A stretch of DNA of 63,542 nucleotides, counting the filler. It is 8 parts of 8 records of this genome, joined end to end, with 100 filler letters (N's around TTAATTAATTAA, not from the genome) between each part and the next. Parts side by side here need not be neighbours in the genome. Positions count along the whole stretch, not along the records: positions 54,608 to 63,542 come from SRR31147125_7785; 7 more parts are not named here. One strand, written 5' to 3'. Positions 54,687 through 63,542 of the stretch are shown here, piece after piece. Each line of letters begins with the position of its first letter. Within the stretch, counting starts at the first letter, position 1. The notes beneath the pieces were generated by a model, which was given only the letters and a program-made list of their open reading frames with translations, made no database searches and was not told the origin of the DNA. The translations under genes were made by a program, and so were the position numbers.

Positions 54687-55823
54687 TCAATAAAGGGTGA
54701 GTTTGCATTTTATTATGTGATGGATAGACTTGTTAATTTTGTCGGCGAAGATCGTGTCTGTCTCAGCTTTCTGTAGTACTGCGGCATAGCCTTCTGCGAT
54801 ATTATCCGGCATAAGCAGGATATCGACACCAGCCTCTATTGCTTTGATGCAGGCTTCTGCTGAGGAGTAATTATCTGTAATAGCTTTCATCATCATGGCA
54901 TCAGTAATGATAATACCAGTAAAGCCGAGTTCCTGACGGAGTATCTTTTCAGTGAAGAAATTAGAGAAAGTCGCTGGTAGGTTATTGCCGGTGATTTCCG
55001 GAGTTGCTATATGAGCAAGCATGATAAATTCAACACCATTATCAATCGCTGCCTTAAAAGGGATGAATTCCTCTTTGCGCAGTCTCTCAATGTCATGATT
55101 TATAATCGCCAGAGCTTTGTGTGTGTCTATCTCTGTATCACCATGTCCGGGGAAGTGCTTGGCTGTCGCCATGATACCATTGTCCTGTAGACCCTGAATT
55201 GTTGCAGCAACCATTTTACTGACAAGTTTGGGGTTGTTGCCGAAAGCACGTTTGCCGATTATGGTATTGAGAGGGTTGGTGTTTATATCAGCTACAGGGT
55301 AGAAGTCCAGATTGAAACCGAATTTTTTGAGTTGTTCAGCAAGCTTTTTGCCTGTAGCGTACGCATAGGAAGTATCATTTTTAGTGCCTACAATTTCTGC
55401 TGTAGGAGTTGGTGATAATCCTAGATCTGTGGTATGCTGGAGGCGACTGACTCTGCCGCCTTCTTCATCAATGCTGATAAACATCGGCAGTTTTTCGGTA
55501 GTCCGTATGTCTTTAATAAGTTTGATTATCTGCTTTTCGTTCGTTAGATTTTCTGCAAATAGGGCAATACCTCCAAACTTATACTGGAGTAGTTTCTCCT
55601 TGAGCATCGGGCTGATTTCTGTTACGCCTTCCTGCTTTGCCAATCTTTTGAGGTCAACTATAAACAGTTGGCCTACTTTCTCCTGCAGGTTCATGCTTGC
55701 GATAATATTCTCAACCTTCTTACTGTCTGGCGATACTCCGCCAGCAAGCAGATGGCTGGTGGAAAATAGCGTGAATAAGATTGTGAGTAAGCTGTAGCTC
55801 TTTACCTTGATGGATTTGTTCAT
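54687..55823 (-). CDS. Secreted GH3 beta-N-acetylhexosaminidase (NagZ-like)
   Basis: Signal peptide, IDEEGGRVSRL, KHFPGHG, DTH, ITDAM. Confidence 0.9.
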   Translation of the reverse strand: MNKSIKVKSYSLLTILFTLFSTSHLLAGGVSPDSKKVENIIASMNLQEKVGQLFIVDLKRLAKQEGVTEISPMLKEKLLQYKFGGIALFAENLTNEKQIIKLIKDIRTTEKLPMFISIDEEGGRVSRLQHTTDLGLSPTPTAEIVGTKNDTSYAYATGKKLAEQLKKFGFNLDFYPVADINTNPLNTIIGKRAFGNNPKLVSKMVAATIQGLQDNGIMATAKHFPGHGDTEIDTHKALAIINHDIERLRKEEFIPFKAAIDNGVEFIMLAHIATPEITGNNLPATFSNFFTEKILRQELGFTGIIITDAMMMKAITDNYSSAEACIKAIEAGVDILLMPDNIAEGYAAVLQKAETDTIFADKINKSIHHIIKCKLTLY

Positions 55824-55857
55824 TGCTACTCCTCATATTAGTGCGTTTTTGACAAAA

Positions 55858-57672
55858 TTATTTTAGATAACTGCAGTTTGTGATGCCGCAACCTGCACAG
55901 CTTCCTTTATCACAACGTGGAGTAGGGGTTTCCTCAAGGGATTTCTTTAGTTCTGTTTTTAAAAAATCTGTTTTGAATCCGCAATCAATATGATTCCATG
56001 GATGTATCTGGTCGAGTCCTCTGGCTGAACTGGCGAAGGAAACTCCATCAATATTCTCTTCCTGAAGTGCTTCATTCCATGTCTGAGGTCTGAAGTACTC
56101 TGTCCATGCTTCAAGCCTTGCGCCTTTCTTCCATGCGTTGAGAGCGACTTTACCAAGGCTTCTGTCACCTCGGGAGAATATTGCTTCCAGGAAACTACCT
56201 TCGACATTGTGGCACTTTAAATCAACTTTATTGCTCTTTAGGTTGTGAGCTACCAGTTTATGGCGGCGGAGCAGTTCTTCTTTGTCTGGCATCTCTGCCC
56301 ACTGGAAAGGGGTGAATGGTTTAGGGATGAAGTTGCTTACTGAGACGGTGCAGGCATACCCTCTGCCACCACCCTTGCGTAGCTTAGCTACTTTGTTGGC
56401 AAGTTCGGCAATGCCGATGACATCATCATCAGTCTCTGTCGGCAGGCCAACCATAAAGTAGAGTTTGACATTTTTCCAGCCTTGTTTGAAAGCTTCTTCA
56501 CAAGAGTTTAGCAGGTTCTCATCTGTAACATCTTTGTTGATCACTTGTCTGAGGCGGTCTGTACCAGCTTCAGGGGCAAGGGTCAGTCCTGATCTGCGGA
56601 CTGTCTTGAATTTTTTAGGGATATCACTGAGTGCGTGATTGACACGCAGGCTCGGCAGAGAGAGGCTCACACCGTGGTGAGCATAATCTTTATCAAGTGT
56701 TGCGACAAGATTTTCAAAGTCTGTGTAATCACTGGTGCTGAGTGACATCAGTCCTATTTCATCAAAACCGGTGTTTTTGTAGCATTCCTTTGCTCCCTGC
56801 TGCAAGGTGTCGACGCTTCTCTCTCTTACTGGACGGCAGATCATGCCTGCCTGACAGAAGCGGCAGCCATTAGGGCAGCCTCTGAGTATCTCGAGTACTA
56901 TTCTTTCATGGACAGTCTCAATTAGTGGTACAACAGGTTTGACTGGCATCTTTAGATTTTCAAAATCGTCAACAATTCTTCTCTCGACTGGAAAAGGTAT
57001 TGCCGGGTCGGTCGGTTTCTTTACCGTAATAAAGCCGTCTATTTCTTCTGTGTCGTAGAGAGCAGGGGCATATATTCCTTTGATCTGAGTTGCGATGGTT
57101 TTTATCTTTTCTGCTCGGGTCTTGCCATTGAGGGATTTATAGAGATCGAGTATCTCAGGGAGTCCTTCTTCACCTTCGCCGATAAAGAAAAGATCGAAAA
57201 AGTCACTGAAAGGTTCGGGGTTGAATACGGCGTGACCTCCTCCAATTACCAGAGGTGCATCTTCAGATCTTTCTTCACGGTTGAGTGCAATATTTCCGAG
57301 ATCAAGCATGGTAAAAACAGCACTCAGTCCTAGTTCATACTGAAGAGAGAAGCTGATAATATCACATTCGTGTAAAGGTTTCTCCTGCTCAAGCGTACTC
57401 AAGGTGTAATTATTTTTACGGAGTTCCTGTTCCATGTCAGGCAGTGGGCAGAAGACACGTTCGCAACTCCAGTCCGGCTGGGCATTGGCTATCTCATAGA
57501 GGATACGCAGACCGTGGTTACTCATTCCAATTTCATAGGTATCTGCAAAGCCTAAAGCAAAGGTATAGTTACAATCTTCTTTTATAATTGAATTTATCTC
57601 ACCGCCAACATACTGTCCTGGTTTTACTACTCGTGGAAGTATTTTCTGAAGTGTTTCGTTTACTTCTTTCAT
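55858..57672 (-). CDS. TIGR03960-type B12-binding radical SAM protein
   Basis: KPGQYVGGE, DTYEIGMS, RGCPNGCRFCQAG, SLPSLR, APEAG, FIPKPFTPFQW. Confidence 0.9.
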   Translation of the reverse strand: MKEVNETLQKILPRVVKPGQYVGGEINSIIKEDCNYTFALGFADTYEIGMSNHGLRILYEIANAQPDWSCERVFCPLPDMEQELRKNNYTLSTLEQEKPLHECDIISFSLQYELGLSAVFTMLDLGNIALNREERSEDAPLVIGGGHAVFNPEPFSDFFDLFFIGEGEEGLPEILDLYKSLNGKTRAEKIKTIATQIKGIYAPALYDTEEIDGFITVKKPTDPAIPFPVERRIVDDFENLKMPVKPVVPLIETVHERIVLEILRGCPNGCRFCQAGMICRPVRERSVDTLQQGAKECYKNTGFDEIGLMSLSTSDYTDFENLVATLDKDYAHHGVSLSLPSLRVNHALSDIPKKFKTVRRSGLTLAPEAGTDRLRQVINKDVTDENLLNSCEEAFKQGWKNVKLYFMVGLPTETDDDVIGIAELANKVAKLRKGGGRGYACTVSVSNFIPKPFTPFQWAEMPDKEELLRRHKLVAHNLKSNKVDLKCHNVEGSFLEAIFSRGDRSLGKVALNAWKKGARLEAWTEYFRPQTWNEALQEENIDGVSFASSARGLDQIHPWNHIDCGFKTDFLKTELKKSLEETPTPRCDKGSCAGCGITNCSYLK

Positions 57673-57789
57673 GTTTTTATATCACCTTTAGATGGTTATA
57701 ACAAAAAATAAGCAAACCTGTCTGATGTGCAGGTCTGTATATGCATTATTGCTTGCAGTTTTATTATTAATAATAAGAAAAATAGAAAG

Positions 57790-58872
57790 TTATACAATAC
57801 TGCTGTCGTCTGGGTCAATAATAATTTCACCTCTGTTCTGCAGCTCTATTGCATAATCAATAGCTTCCTGCTGGGCATCTTCTATTGCTGTTATCTTTAC
57901 TTTGTCATCGGCAGAAAGTTTTATCTCATCGATTATAAGCTGAGCTTTGCGTCTGCTGACTGAAGTAAGAGCGTTGTTTTTGATGCTGTCTGAGGCAAAC
58001 CTCAGCGCAAGTGCAGAAGTTTTGGGGTCAAGTCCGGAGAATACTTTGCCGAGAGTAGCTTTATTGCTTCGTTCAAGGTCAGCAAAATCAAACATCTTTT
58101 TATTGAGCTTGTTATAAAGCTCTGGCACCTCTGCCATAATCATATTACGGAGTTGGGGATCTGCTTCACGCAGGATATGTGCGGCAAGTGCCATGCCGTC
58201 AACCTTCTGGGCTTTATAGTTTTTTTCCGGTTGATTTTTCTGAGCAGGAGGAGGAACTATCTTGGTCGATCTGCGTTTGTCTTCTCGCTGTCTAAGGGCT
58301 TTCTGTAGCGCAAGCTCTCTTGCTGTTTCAGGGTCAAGTTCAGGCTGCATCTTTGGAGCAGGCTTTGCTGGCTCATAGTTCGTGTTATTCTGTGAATAAT
58401 CCTGTGTATGAGCTTCTGGCTGGTTCTGTTCCTGCTGGAGCTGTGAGAACTCTTCAGGACTCATAATTCGTGATTCAACATGACTCTTTGGTTCAGAATT
58501 ATGCTGTGGAGTATCTTTTTTAACCTTGAGGTTATTGATGTTTCTGGATATTGCACTCAGATCCAGACTTGCTAGTATAGAGTTTTTCTGTTCGTTGAAG
58601 CTTGTCTGGGTTTGCTGGCCTATCTTCTTTTGGAGTTCCTCGGCAATATCATAGAGGGTGTCTTTGGGGATTTTGCGGTATTTGCTCATTGCGGCAGCGA
58701 TTTCACCCCTCAGACTGTCAGGCATTCCTGCCATTACTTTGGCAGTGAAGACTGGGGGCATGCTGGAAAGAGCTACCCCAGAAACAAAAGGAAGCTCTTG
58801 CTGCAGGATCTGTGAAACCTGCGAAATATCAATGTCTTCTAAAAAACTGAAAGGGTTCTGGCCATTATTCAT
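57790..58872 (-). CDS. Orphan FliG-like protein (middle + C-terminal domains with a low-complexity insert)
   Basis: PFSFL..ILQQELP (M domain), MFDFADL, ALALRFAS, IEDAQQEAI..LQNRGEI (C domain); ATG 58872 after GGAG. Confidence 0.75.
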   Translation of the reverse strand: MNNGQNPFSFLEDIDISQVSQILQQELPFVSGVALSSMPPVFTAKVMAGMPDSLRGEIAAAMSKYRKIPKDTLYDIAEELQKKIGQQTQTSFNEQKNSILASLDLSAISRNINNLKVKKDTPQHNSEPKSHVESRIMSPEEFSQLQQEQNQPEAHTQDYSQNNTNYEPAKPAPKMQPELDPETARELALQKALRQREDKRRSTKIVPPPAQKNQPEKNYKAQKVDGMALAAHILREADPQLRNMIMAEVPELYNKLNKKMFDFADLERSNKATLGKVFSGLDPKTSALALRFASDSIKNNALTSVSRRKAQLIIDEIKLSADDKVKITAIEDAQQEAIDYAIELQNRGEIIIDPDDSSIV

Positions 58873-59148
58873 CAACTTTCTCCGTATAGCAATTTTCAAT
58901 ATTTGGTTCTGCAGGTCAAGTGGAAAATCATATTTACAGGAAATATTCAGGTGTGTTCATGATATTGATGGTATTTTATGTGGGGAATCATGAAAAAATA
59001 CGGAGAGAATATTGCAAAAAACTTTAAAATAGTAATAATTATAGAGTTCACTAATTCACTGATAGAATCTATTATAAGTGATTACTGATTATTATAATTT
59101 TACTCGTGATTAGCTAGTTTAGAGCTTGAATATAAGGTAGAGTCGATA

Positions 59149-60228
59149 ATGGGGATTGTTTTTACAGGTGCAGGTAAGCATTTTCAGCAATTGGAAGCGG
59201 TGGGACTGGATTCTGACAATTTGAACGAAATTGTTACTAGAGTAAAAGTTCAGCCGCATTTCCTGGGTGAGCCGCTTATTGTTATTGCTGAGTCGAGTAA
59301 TTTTTCATTTACAGAGCTCGAAGGAGTTAGAGAGTTACTTGCAGTCGATGTGCTTGGCAGGGCTGTCGCTATTATCATCACTATCGGTATTGCTGATACT
59401 GACAGAGGGATCGATGGCAGAGCAATGGAGTTTGCCGCTCTTGCAAATTCATATACCCCTGATGAGCTTGGTAAGATTACAGCAGAGTTTCTTGAACTGC
59501 CGCAGAATGATCAGCTCAAAAGAATGTGGGAAGATCTCGGCGTAGAGATGGATGATGATTCTGTTGAGATTTCCAGTCTGCTTGCAGCCACCTTTGAGCG
59601 GGATGCAGGTGACTATGCCGATACCCTAAATAAAGAACAGCGTATCATTATTGCTTCAGAAGGTTTTTCTACCCGTGTTGTCAACGAGGTAGAGTGGCTC
59701 TCTAGAGCAGGGGTAAATATAAAAGGTCTGCGTTACCTGAAGTATCTTGTCGGTGGGCAGGAAATATTCTTTGCTGAGCAGGTTGTGCCGCGTATTGATC
59801 CGTCTGTCGATGCGGGTGATCTGATGGTTGCTAATCACGATACAATCGAGCCATGGAAAGCCAAGGGTAGAGCATATTATGTGGAGAGGCTTGCCCCTTC
59901 TATTGCTGAACTTCTTGATCGTATTCTTGTCGGGACAAAGAAGGAAACTTTCTCTATAAGCTGGGCGCATAAGTATTATTTCTGGCTTCGTGGAGCGAAG
60001 ATGACTTTCAGGATTCGTATCTATTCACGTGACAGACTTGAGCTCGGTTTTTATAATACCTCTGTAAGTGCTGTCGATGAATTTTTGAGTAATTTCAACC
60101 TTCCGGGGATTGAGGTGTATGCTATTGGTGGGTATAGTGATTCGCCATTTGTGGCAATTACCAGTGATGTGAACTTTAGCGATGAATGGATAAGAATGAT
60201 ACGTACATGGCTTGGGGGAGACATATAG
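59149..60228 (+). CDS. Hypothetical protein with a degenerate NucS/PD-(D/E)xK-like N-terminal domain
   Basis: PHFLGEPLIVIAE, ELLAVDVLG, LNKEQRIIIASEGF, VEWLSRAGVNI, EQVVP. Confidence 0.6.
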   Translation: MGIVFTGAGKHFQQLEAVGLDSDNLNEIVTRVKVQPHFLGEPLIVIAESSNFSFTELEGVRELLAVDVLGRAVAIIITIGIADTDRGIDGRAMEFAALANSYTPDELGKITAEFLELPQNDQLKRMWEDLGVEMDDDSVEISSLLAATFERDAGDYADTLNKEQRIIIASEGFSTRVVNEVEWLSRAGVNIKGLRYLKYLVGGQEIFFAEQVVPRIDPSVDAGDLMVANHDTIEPWKAKGRAYYVERLAPSIAELLDRILVGTKKETFSISWAHKYYFWLRGAKMTFRIRIYSRDRLELGFYNTSVSAVDEFLSNFNLPGIEVYAIGGYSDSPFVAITSDVNFSDEWIRMIRTWLGGDI

Positions 60229-60328
60229 GTTAATCCGGTATTTTGACGTGTCGCACTTATAGTGTAATTATATAAATTGAATAATTTGTGTTGTATTTCT
60301 GTTTTACTTTCTTGTGGGGGATTGTATT

Positions 60329-60883
60329 ATGGTTACATGTTTAGTCTTGCTTGCTGATGGTTATGAAAGTGTCGAAGCTGCGGCACCGATTGATATACTT
60401 TTTAGAGGTGGTATTGATATTACTCTTGCTGGTGTGGGGCGTCTCAATATTACCAGTGCTCAGAATATTAAAACTGTTACTGACTGTATTTTGAGTAGTG
60501 AGATAGGGCTCTATGATTTGCTGGTTATTCCAGGTGGAATGCCGGGGTCGCTCAATCTGGCAAATTCTGATACTGTTATCGATGTTATCAGTCAGCATAA
60601 CGATGCAGGAAAACTTATCGGGGCGATCTGTGCTGCACCTGCGAAGGTTCTTGCTGCAAATGGCTTTCTTGATGGTAGACGGGCGACCTGTTTTCCGACT
60701 AATATCACTGATCTTGGTGATAATGTTGAAGCAGTTGTTGAGGATGTTGTTGTTGATGGTAATATTGTAACCAGCAGAGGATTTGGGACGGCGATAGAAT
60801 TTGGCTATAAGCTGCTTGAGATGCTTTCTGGTAATGAGATTGTGGAAGAACTCCGGCAGAGAATGCTGGTTGAGAAAAAATAA
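60329..60883 (+). CDS. DJ-1/YajL/PfpI-family protein
   Basis: LLADGYESVE, IPGGMPG, GAICAAP, ATCFP, TSRGFGTAIEF. Confidence 0.92.
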   Translation: MVTCLVLLADGYESVEAAAPIDILFRGGIDITLAGVGRLNITSAQNIKTVTDCILSSEIGLYDLLVIPGGMPGSLNLANSDTVIDVISQHNDAGKLIGAICAAPAKVLAANGFLDGRRATCFPTNITDLGDNVEAVVEDVVVDGNIVTSRGFGTAIEFGYKLLEMLSGNEIVEELRQRMLVEKK

Positions 60884-60932
60884 AGAATTTGGGCAGTATC
60901 TTGATTGATTGTAAAAGGTAAGTATTTTGAGT

Positions 60933-61916
60933 ATGAATAAGCAGAGAGTCGGTATGACTACGACAATGCCTGTAGAAGTTGTTTTTGCTGCCGGTATGGT
61001 GCCGGTTGATATCAATAATTTATTTGTTATTGACCCAGATGCTTTTGAACTGGTTCTTGATGCGGAAAAAGCAGGGTTTCCTCAGAATTCCTGCGCTTGG
61101 GTCAAGGGGTTGTATAAGACTGCTCAAAAATATAATCTTGATAAGATTGCCTGTGTGCGTGAAGGGGACTGTTCTCAGAATATTGCTCTGGAGGATATCT
61201 GGCGTAGTGACAGTATTGAGGTTATTCCTTTTTCTTACCCTTATCAGCGAACCCGTGTAGCACTTGAGCGTGAAGTTCGGGCATTTGCTGCGCATTTTGG
61301 AGTAGAATTTTCCGAGATTGAGAAGTGGAAAGAGAGGCTTGACAGTATCAGATCTCTTGCTGCTGAAATTGATAGTATCGCTGTAGAGAAAGGGTGTGTC
61401 AGCAGCTTTGAGCTATTCTCATCTCAGCTCAATCTGACTGATTTTAATGGCGAACCTGAGAAATGTGCTGATACTTTACGGGCTTTGCTTGGGGATGTGA
61501 AAGAACGTGAGAGTAAGGAACTGCCTGTACGCCTTGGTGTACTTGGTGTGCCGACTATTCTGACAGATTTTTCTGATGTGATTGAAGGTGTCGGAGCGAG
61601 GGTGGTCTATCATGAAGTCCCTTATGAGTTTTCAATGATTAAGAACATCGGTAAAGATGTTATTGATTCCTATCTCAATTATACTTATCCTTACTCTGCT
61701 CAATTTAGGATTGAAGCTATTAAAGCCGAGGTTGAGAAGAGGCAGCTGGATGGGATTATTCATTATACTCAGAGTTTCTGTCACAGGCAGATGCATGACC
61801 TTCTTATGAGGCGTGAGCTGGGTGTGCCGGTACTGACAATTGAAGGGGATAGACCGTCAGAGACAGACGGGAGAACACTTACTAGAATTGAGGCATTTGT
61901 TGAACAACTTGGGTAA
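60933..61916 (+). CDS. 2-hydroxyacyl-CoA dehydratase subunit (HgdB-like)
   Basis: CAWVKG, EGDCS, PFSYP, HYTQSFCHRQ, TRIEAFVE. Confidence 0.82.
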   Translation: MNKQRVGMTTTMPVEVVFAAGMVPVDINNLFVIDPDAFELVLDAEKAGFPQNSCAWVKGLYKTAQKYNLDKIACVREGDCSQNIALEDIWRSDSIEVIPFSYPYQRTRVALEREVRAFAAHFGVEFSEIEKWKERLDSIRSLAAEIDSIAVEKGCVSSFELFSSQLNLTDFNGEPEKCADTLRALLGDVKERESKELPVRLGVLGVPTILTDFSDVIEGVGARVVYHEVPYEFSMIKNIGKDVIDSYLNYTYPYSAQFRIEAIKAEVEKRQLDGIIHYTQSFCHRQMHDLLMRRELGVPVLTIEGDRPSETDGRTLTRIEAFVEQLG

Positions 61917-63108
61917 TACAGAATCAGCTGGACAATACAGTCCTGCTAAAGCAGAATATGGTTTATTGGGTCTGGCGGTAGTGCTGCTTGCGTTGCTTGC
62001 AGTAAGGCTTGTTGATCCACTCTTTCTGGATGGGCAGCTGCTGCCTTCAATGGCTGGGGCATTCCTGCCTGGAGCGGTGGTGACACTTCTTCGCCGACCG
62101 GCTCTCTCTATTCACCGGATGTGTTTTGCTCTTGGATTGTTGGTATTTCTGGTAGCTAATGGTACAATAAACCCGCAGGAAATAAGTGGTGCATTTGCTA
62201 ACTGGCCGTGGGTGGTAGCGGGGATTGCCTTGCTTTCCATGCAGACTGTTACTGGGGCATTACGCTGGCAGTTGCTTCTGCAAGGGCAGTCTATATATAT
62301 GTCTTTTCTTACCAATCTCCGGCTGTTGATTGTCGGGTGCTTCTTCAATACTTTTATTCCTGGGTCAACGGGTGGTGATTTTTATAGAATCTATAAAGTA
62401 GCGAGAGGAAATAATGTCTCTGTTGCTTCTGTAACGACTAGTGTCTTTCTTGATCGGCTGCTTGGGTTGCCGCCATTACTGGTAATTATTCTCGGTAGTG
62501 TAGTGCTCAACCTTGACTTTGTCAGTAAGAAGGGTGAGTTTATTACTCTTGTCAAAGGGTATGGTATACTTACAGCGTTCAGCATTCTCTTTATTGTGAG
62601 TATCTTCTGTGCTTCTTTCTTTTTTGCGGAAAAACTCAGGTCATACAACATGACTGGCTTTCTTGGCAGAAACCTTATGAAGGTTGTGGAGTCAATTGAA
62701 GTATACAAGAATGCCCATGGGATATTATTCTGGGTTGTCATTATCTCAATTATATCTCACCTGTCCACTCTCTGTGCTTTTTTGTGTTTTGCAAAAGCTA
62801 CCGGTATTACCGGATTAGGTACTTCAATACTCGTATTTCTTATCTTTGCAGGGTTGTCTGCCAATTTTATTCCGCTTGCACCGGGTGGGGCAGGGCAGGG
62901 AGAGCTGATGTTCTCCTGGGTGTTTGCGTTAGCTACTCCTGATATCGCTGAGAACGCTCAACGTGCGGCAGTAATGATGCTCTGTTACAGATTGGGTATG
63001 CTGATTTATGGGGCACTTGGGGGAATTGTTTACGGATTTTCTAGGCAGGATGTCGAGTTGGAACTTGAAGAAGTAACTCACGAAGCAGAGACGACGACTG
63101 CTCCGTGA
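61909..63108 (+). CDS. Lysylphosphatidylglycerol-synthase-type TM (flippase-like, YbhN/AglD2) protein
   Basis: ALRWQLLL, FFNTFIPGSTGGDFYR, VFLDRLLG, PLAPGGAGQGE, YRL; start uncertain. Confidence 0.82.
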   Translation: MGNTESAGQYSPAKAEYGLLGLAVVLLALLAVRLVDPLFLDGQLLPSMAGAFLPGAVVTLLRRPALSIHRMCFALGLLVFLVANGTINPQEISGAFANWPWVVAGIALLSMQTVTGALRWQLLLQGQSIYMSFLTNLRLLIVGCFFNTFIPGSTGGDFYRIYKVARGNNVSVASVTTSVFLDRLLGLPPLLVIILGSVVLNLDFVSKKGEFITLVKGYGILTAFSILFIVSIFCASFFFAEKLRSYNMTGFLGRNLMKVVESIEVYKNAHGILFWVVIISIISHLSTLCAFLCFAKATGITGLGTSILVFLIFAGLSANFIPLAPGGAGQGELMFSWVFALATPDIAENAQRAAVMMLCYRLGMLIYGALGGIVYGFSRQDVELELEEVTHEAETTTAP

Positions 63109-63138
63109 GTTTAGATTTGTTTAATATTTGGTTTGATA

Positions 63139-63408
63139 TTAAAAGTTAATCTTTAAAAAGTTGAACTCTTTCTTACTGATATGTTTGTCGTTATTTGTGT
63201 CTAATTTTGAGAATTCTGTCAGTGAGTAGCCTGATTTACGGAACTCTTCCTGTGAAATTCTGCCATCTTTATTAGTATCAAATTGTGAGAAGTCAATTGG
63301 ACCTTCGACATCATCGCAGCCAGTTGTATTTATCACGAGAAATAATGCCATTGTGAGCATTGTCAATGAAATAGCAGCTTTCTTTATTCCTTCTTTGTAT
63401 TCTAGCAT
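63139..63408 (-). CDS. Small EF-hand lipoprotein
   Basis: Hydrophobic leader with TTGC lipobox; EF loops DTNKDGRISQEE and DTNNDKHISKKE. Confidence 0.8.
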   Translation of the reverse strand: MLEYKEGIKKAAISLTMLTMALFLVINTTGCDDVEGPIDFSQFDTNKDGRISQEEFRKSGYSLTEFSKLDTNNDKHISKKEFNFLKINF

Positions 63409-63449
63409 ATTCATATCCTTCCTTGTATGTTTATAGTATAGTGATGTTA

Positions 63450-63485
63450 AAAGAAGGGAATAAGCTGCCGCTTATTCCCTTCTTT
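63450..63485. terminator. Terminator hairpin
   Basis: AAAGAAGGGAATAAGC-TGCC-GCTTATTCCCTTCTTT. Confidence 0.8.
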
Positions 63486-63542
63486 AATTTATAATCCTTA
63501 TAGTGGTAGTTTCTTGTATTTGCTACGTCGGTTGGCAAATAC

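Noticed and set aside
60341..61015. 224-aa antisense ORF, and similarly 53881-54423, 55384-55797 and other shadow ORFs
   Set aside because: They overlap well-supported genes, have no motifs or RBS, and are explained by codon bias
63498..63542. C-terminal end of a minus-strand gene (..VFANRRSKYKKLPL*)
   Set aside because: Only 14 codons are visible; no product can be assigned
1..63542. rRNA, tRNA, CRISPR arrays, retron or other defence systems, stop-codon reassignment
   Set aside because: None recognised by eye; TAA, TAG and TGA all terminate conserved genes normally

Overview
This window is not one continuous locus. It contains eight unrelated contigs joined by seven artificial 100-nt spacers (N44-TTAATTAATTAA-N44), and the contigs appear to come from several anaerobic bacteria. 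(A) 1-12145: AT-rich, Fusobacteriota-like housekeeping block (lpxC-fabZ-lpxA-lpxI-lpxB-rph-rdgB-hslU-smc plus an ABC-type ATPase). (B) 12246-18462: hsp20 fragment, Xis/BldC-like HTH-zinc-ribbon regulator, PfkB kinase, an unusual hybrid histidine kinase, a response regulator and cheA. (C) 18563-27199: Clostridia-like inactive transposase, YesM/YesN-type two-component system, carbohydrate ABC transporter and a CBM32-repeat protein. (D) 27300-35120: carbonyl/redox-stress genes (AKR, glyoxalase I, MBL hydrolase, Rrf2 with a divergent DHFR-fold protein, MarR with a PNPOx-like protein) and an MCP. (E) 35221-41085: LsrB/RhaS-like sugar ABC importer and an FGGY kinase start. (F) 41186-48827: pectin/galacturonate cluster (kduID, GH105 remnant, GH4, ROK kinase, ROK repressor, PI-PLC-fold protein). 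(G) 48928-54507: BatE-like fragment, orphan ParA, MCP, Fe-ADH. (H) 54608-63542: GH3, TIGR03960-type radical SAM, orphan FliG-like protein, a catalytically degenerate NucS-like protein, DJ-1, HgdB-like subunit, flippase-like protein and an EF-hand lipoprotein. Many genes are split by single-A losses in homopolymer runs, most likely sequencing error. I found no rRNA, tRNA, CRISPR array or recognisable riboswitch. The best candidates for undescribed biology are: an Rrf2 (HypR/SifR-like) regulon with two TGTAAC-N7-GTTACA operators controlling a non-canonical DHFR-fold protein; a ROK-repressor pectin regulon defined by four 25-bp operators; a dead PD-(D/E)xK nuclease fold; a FliG paralogue with a long low-complexity insertion; and a pseudo-HPt hybrid kinase. 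All product calls come from motif recognition by eye, not from database searches.
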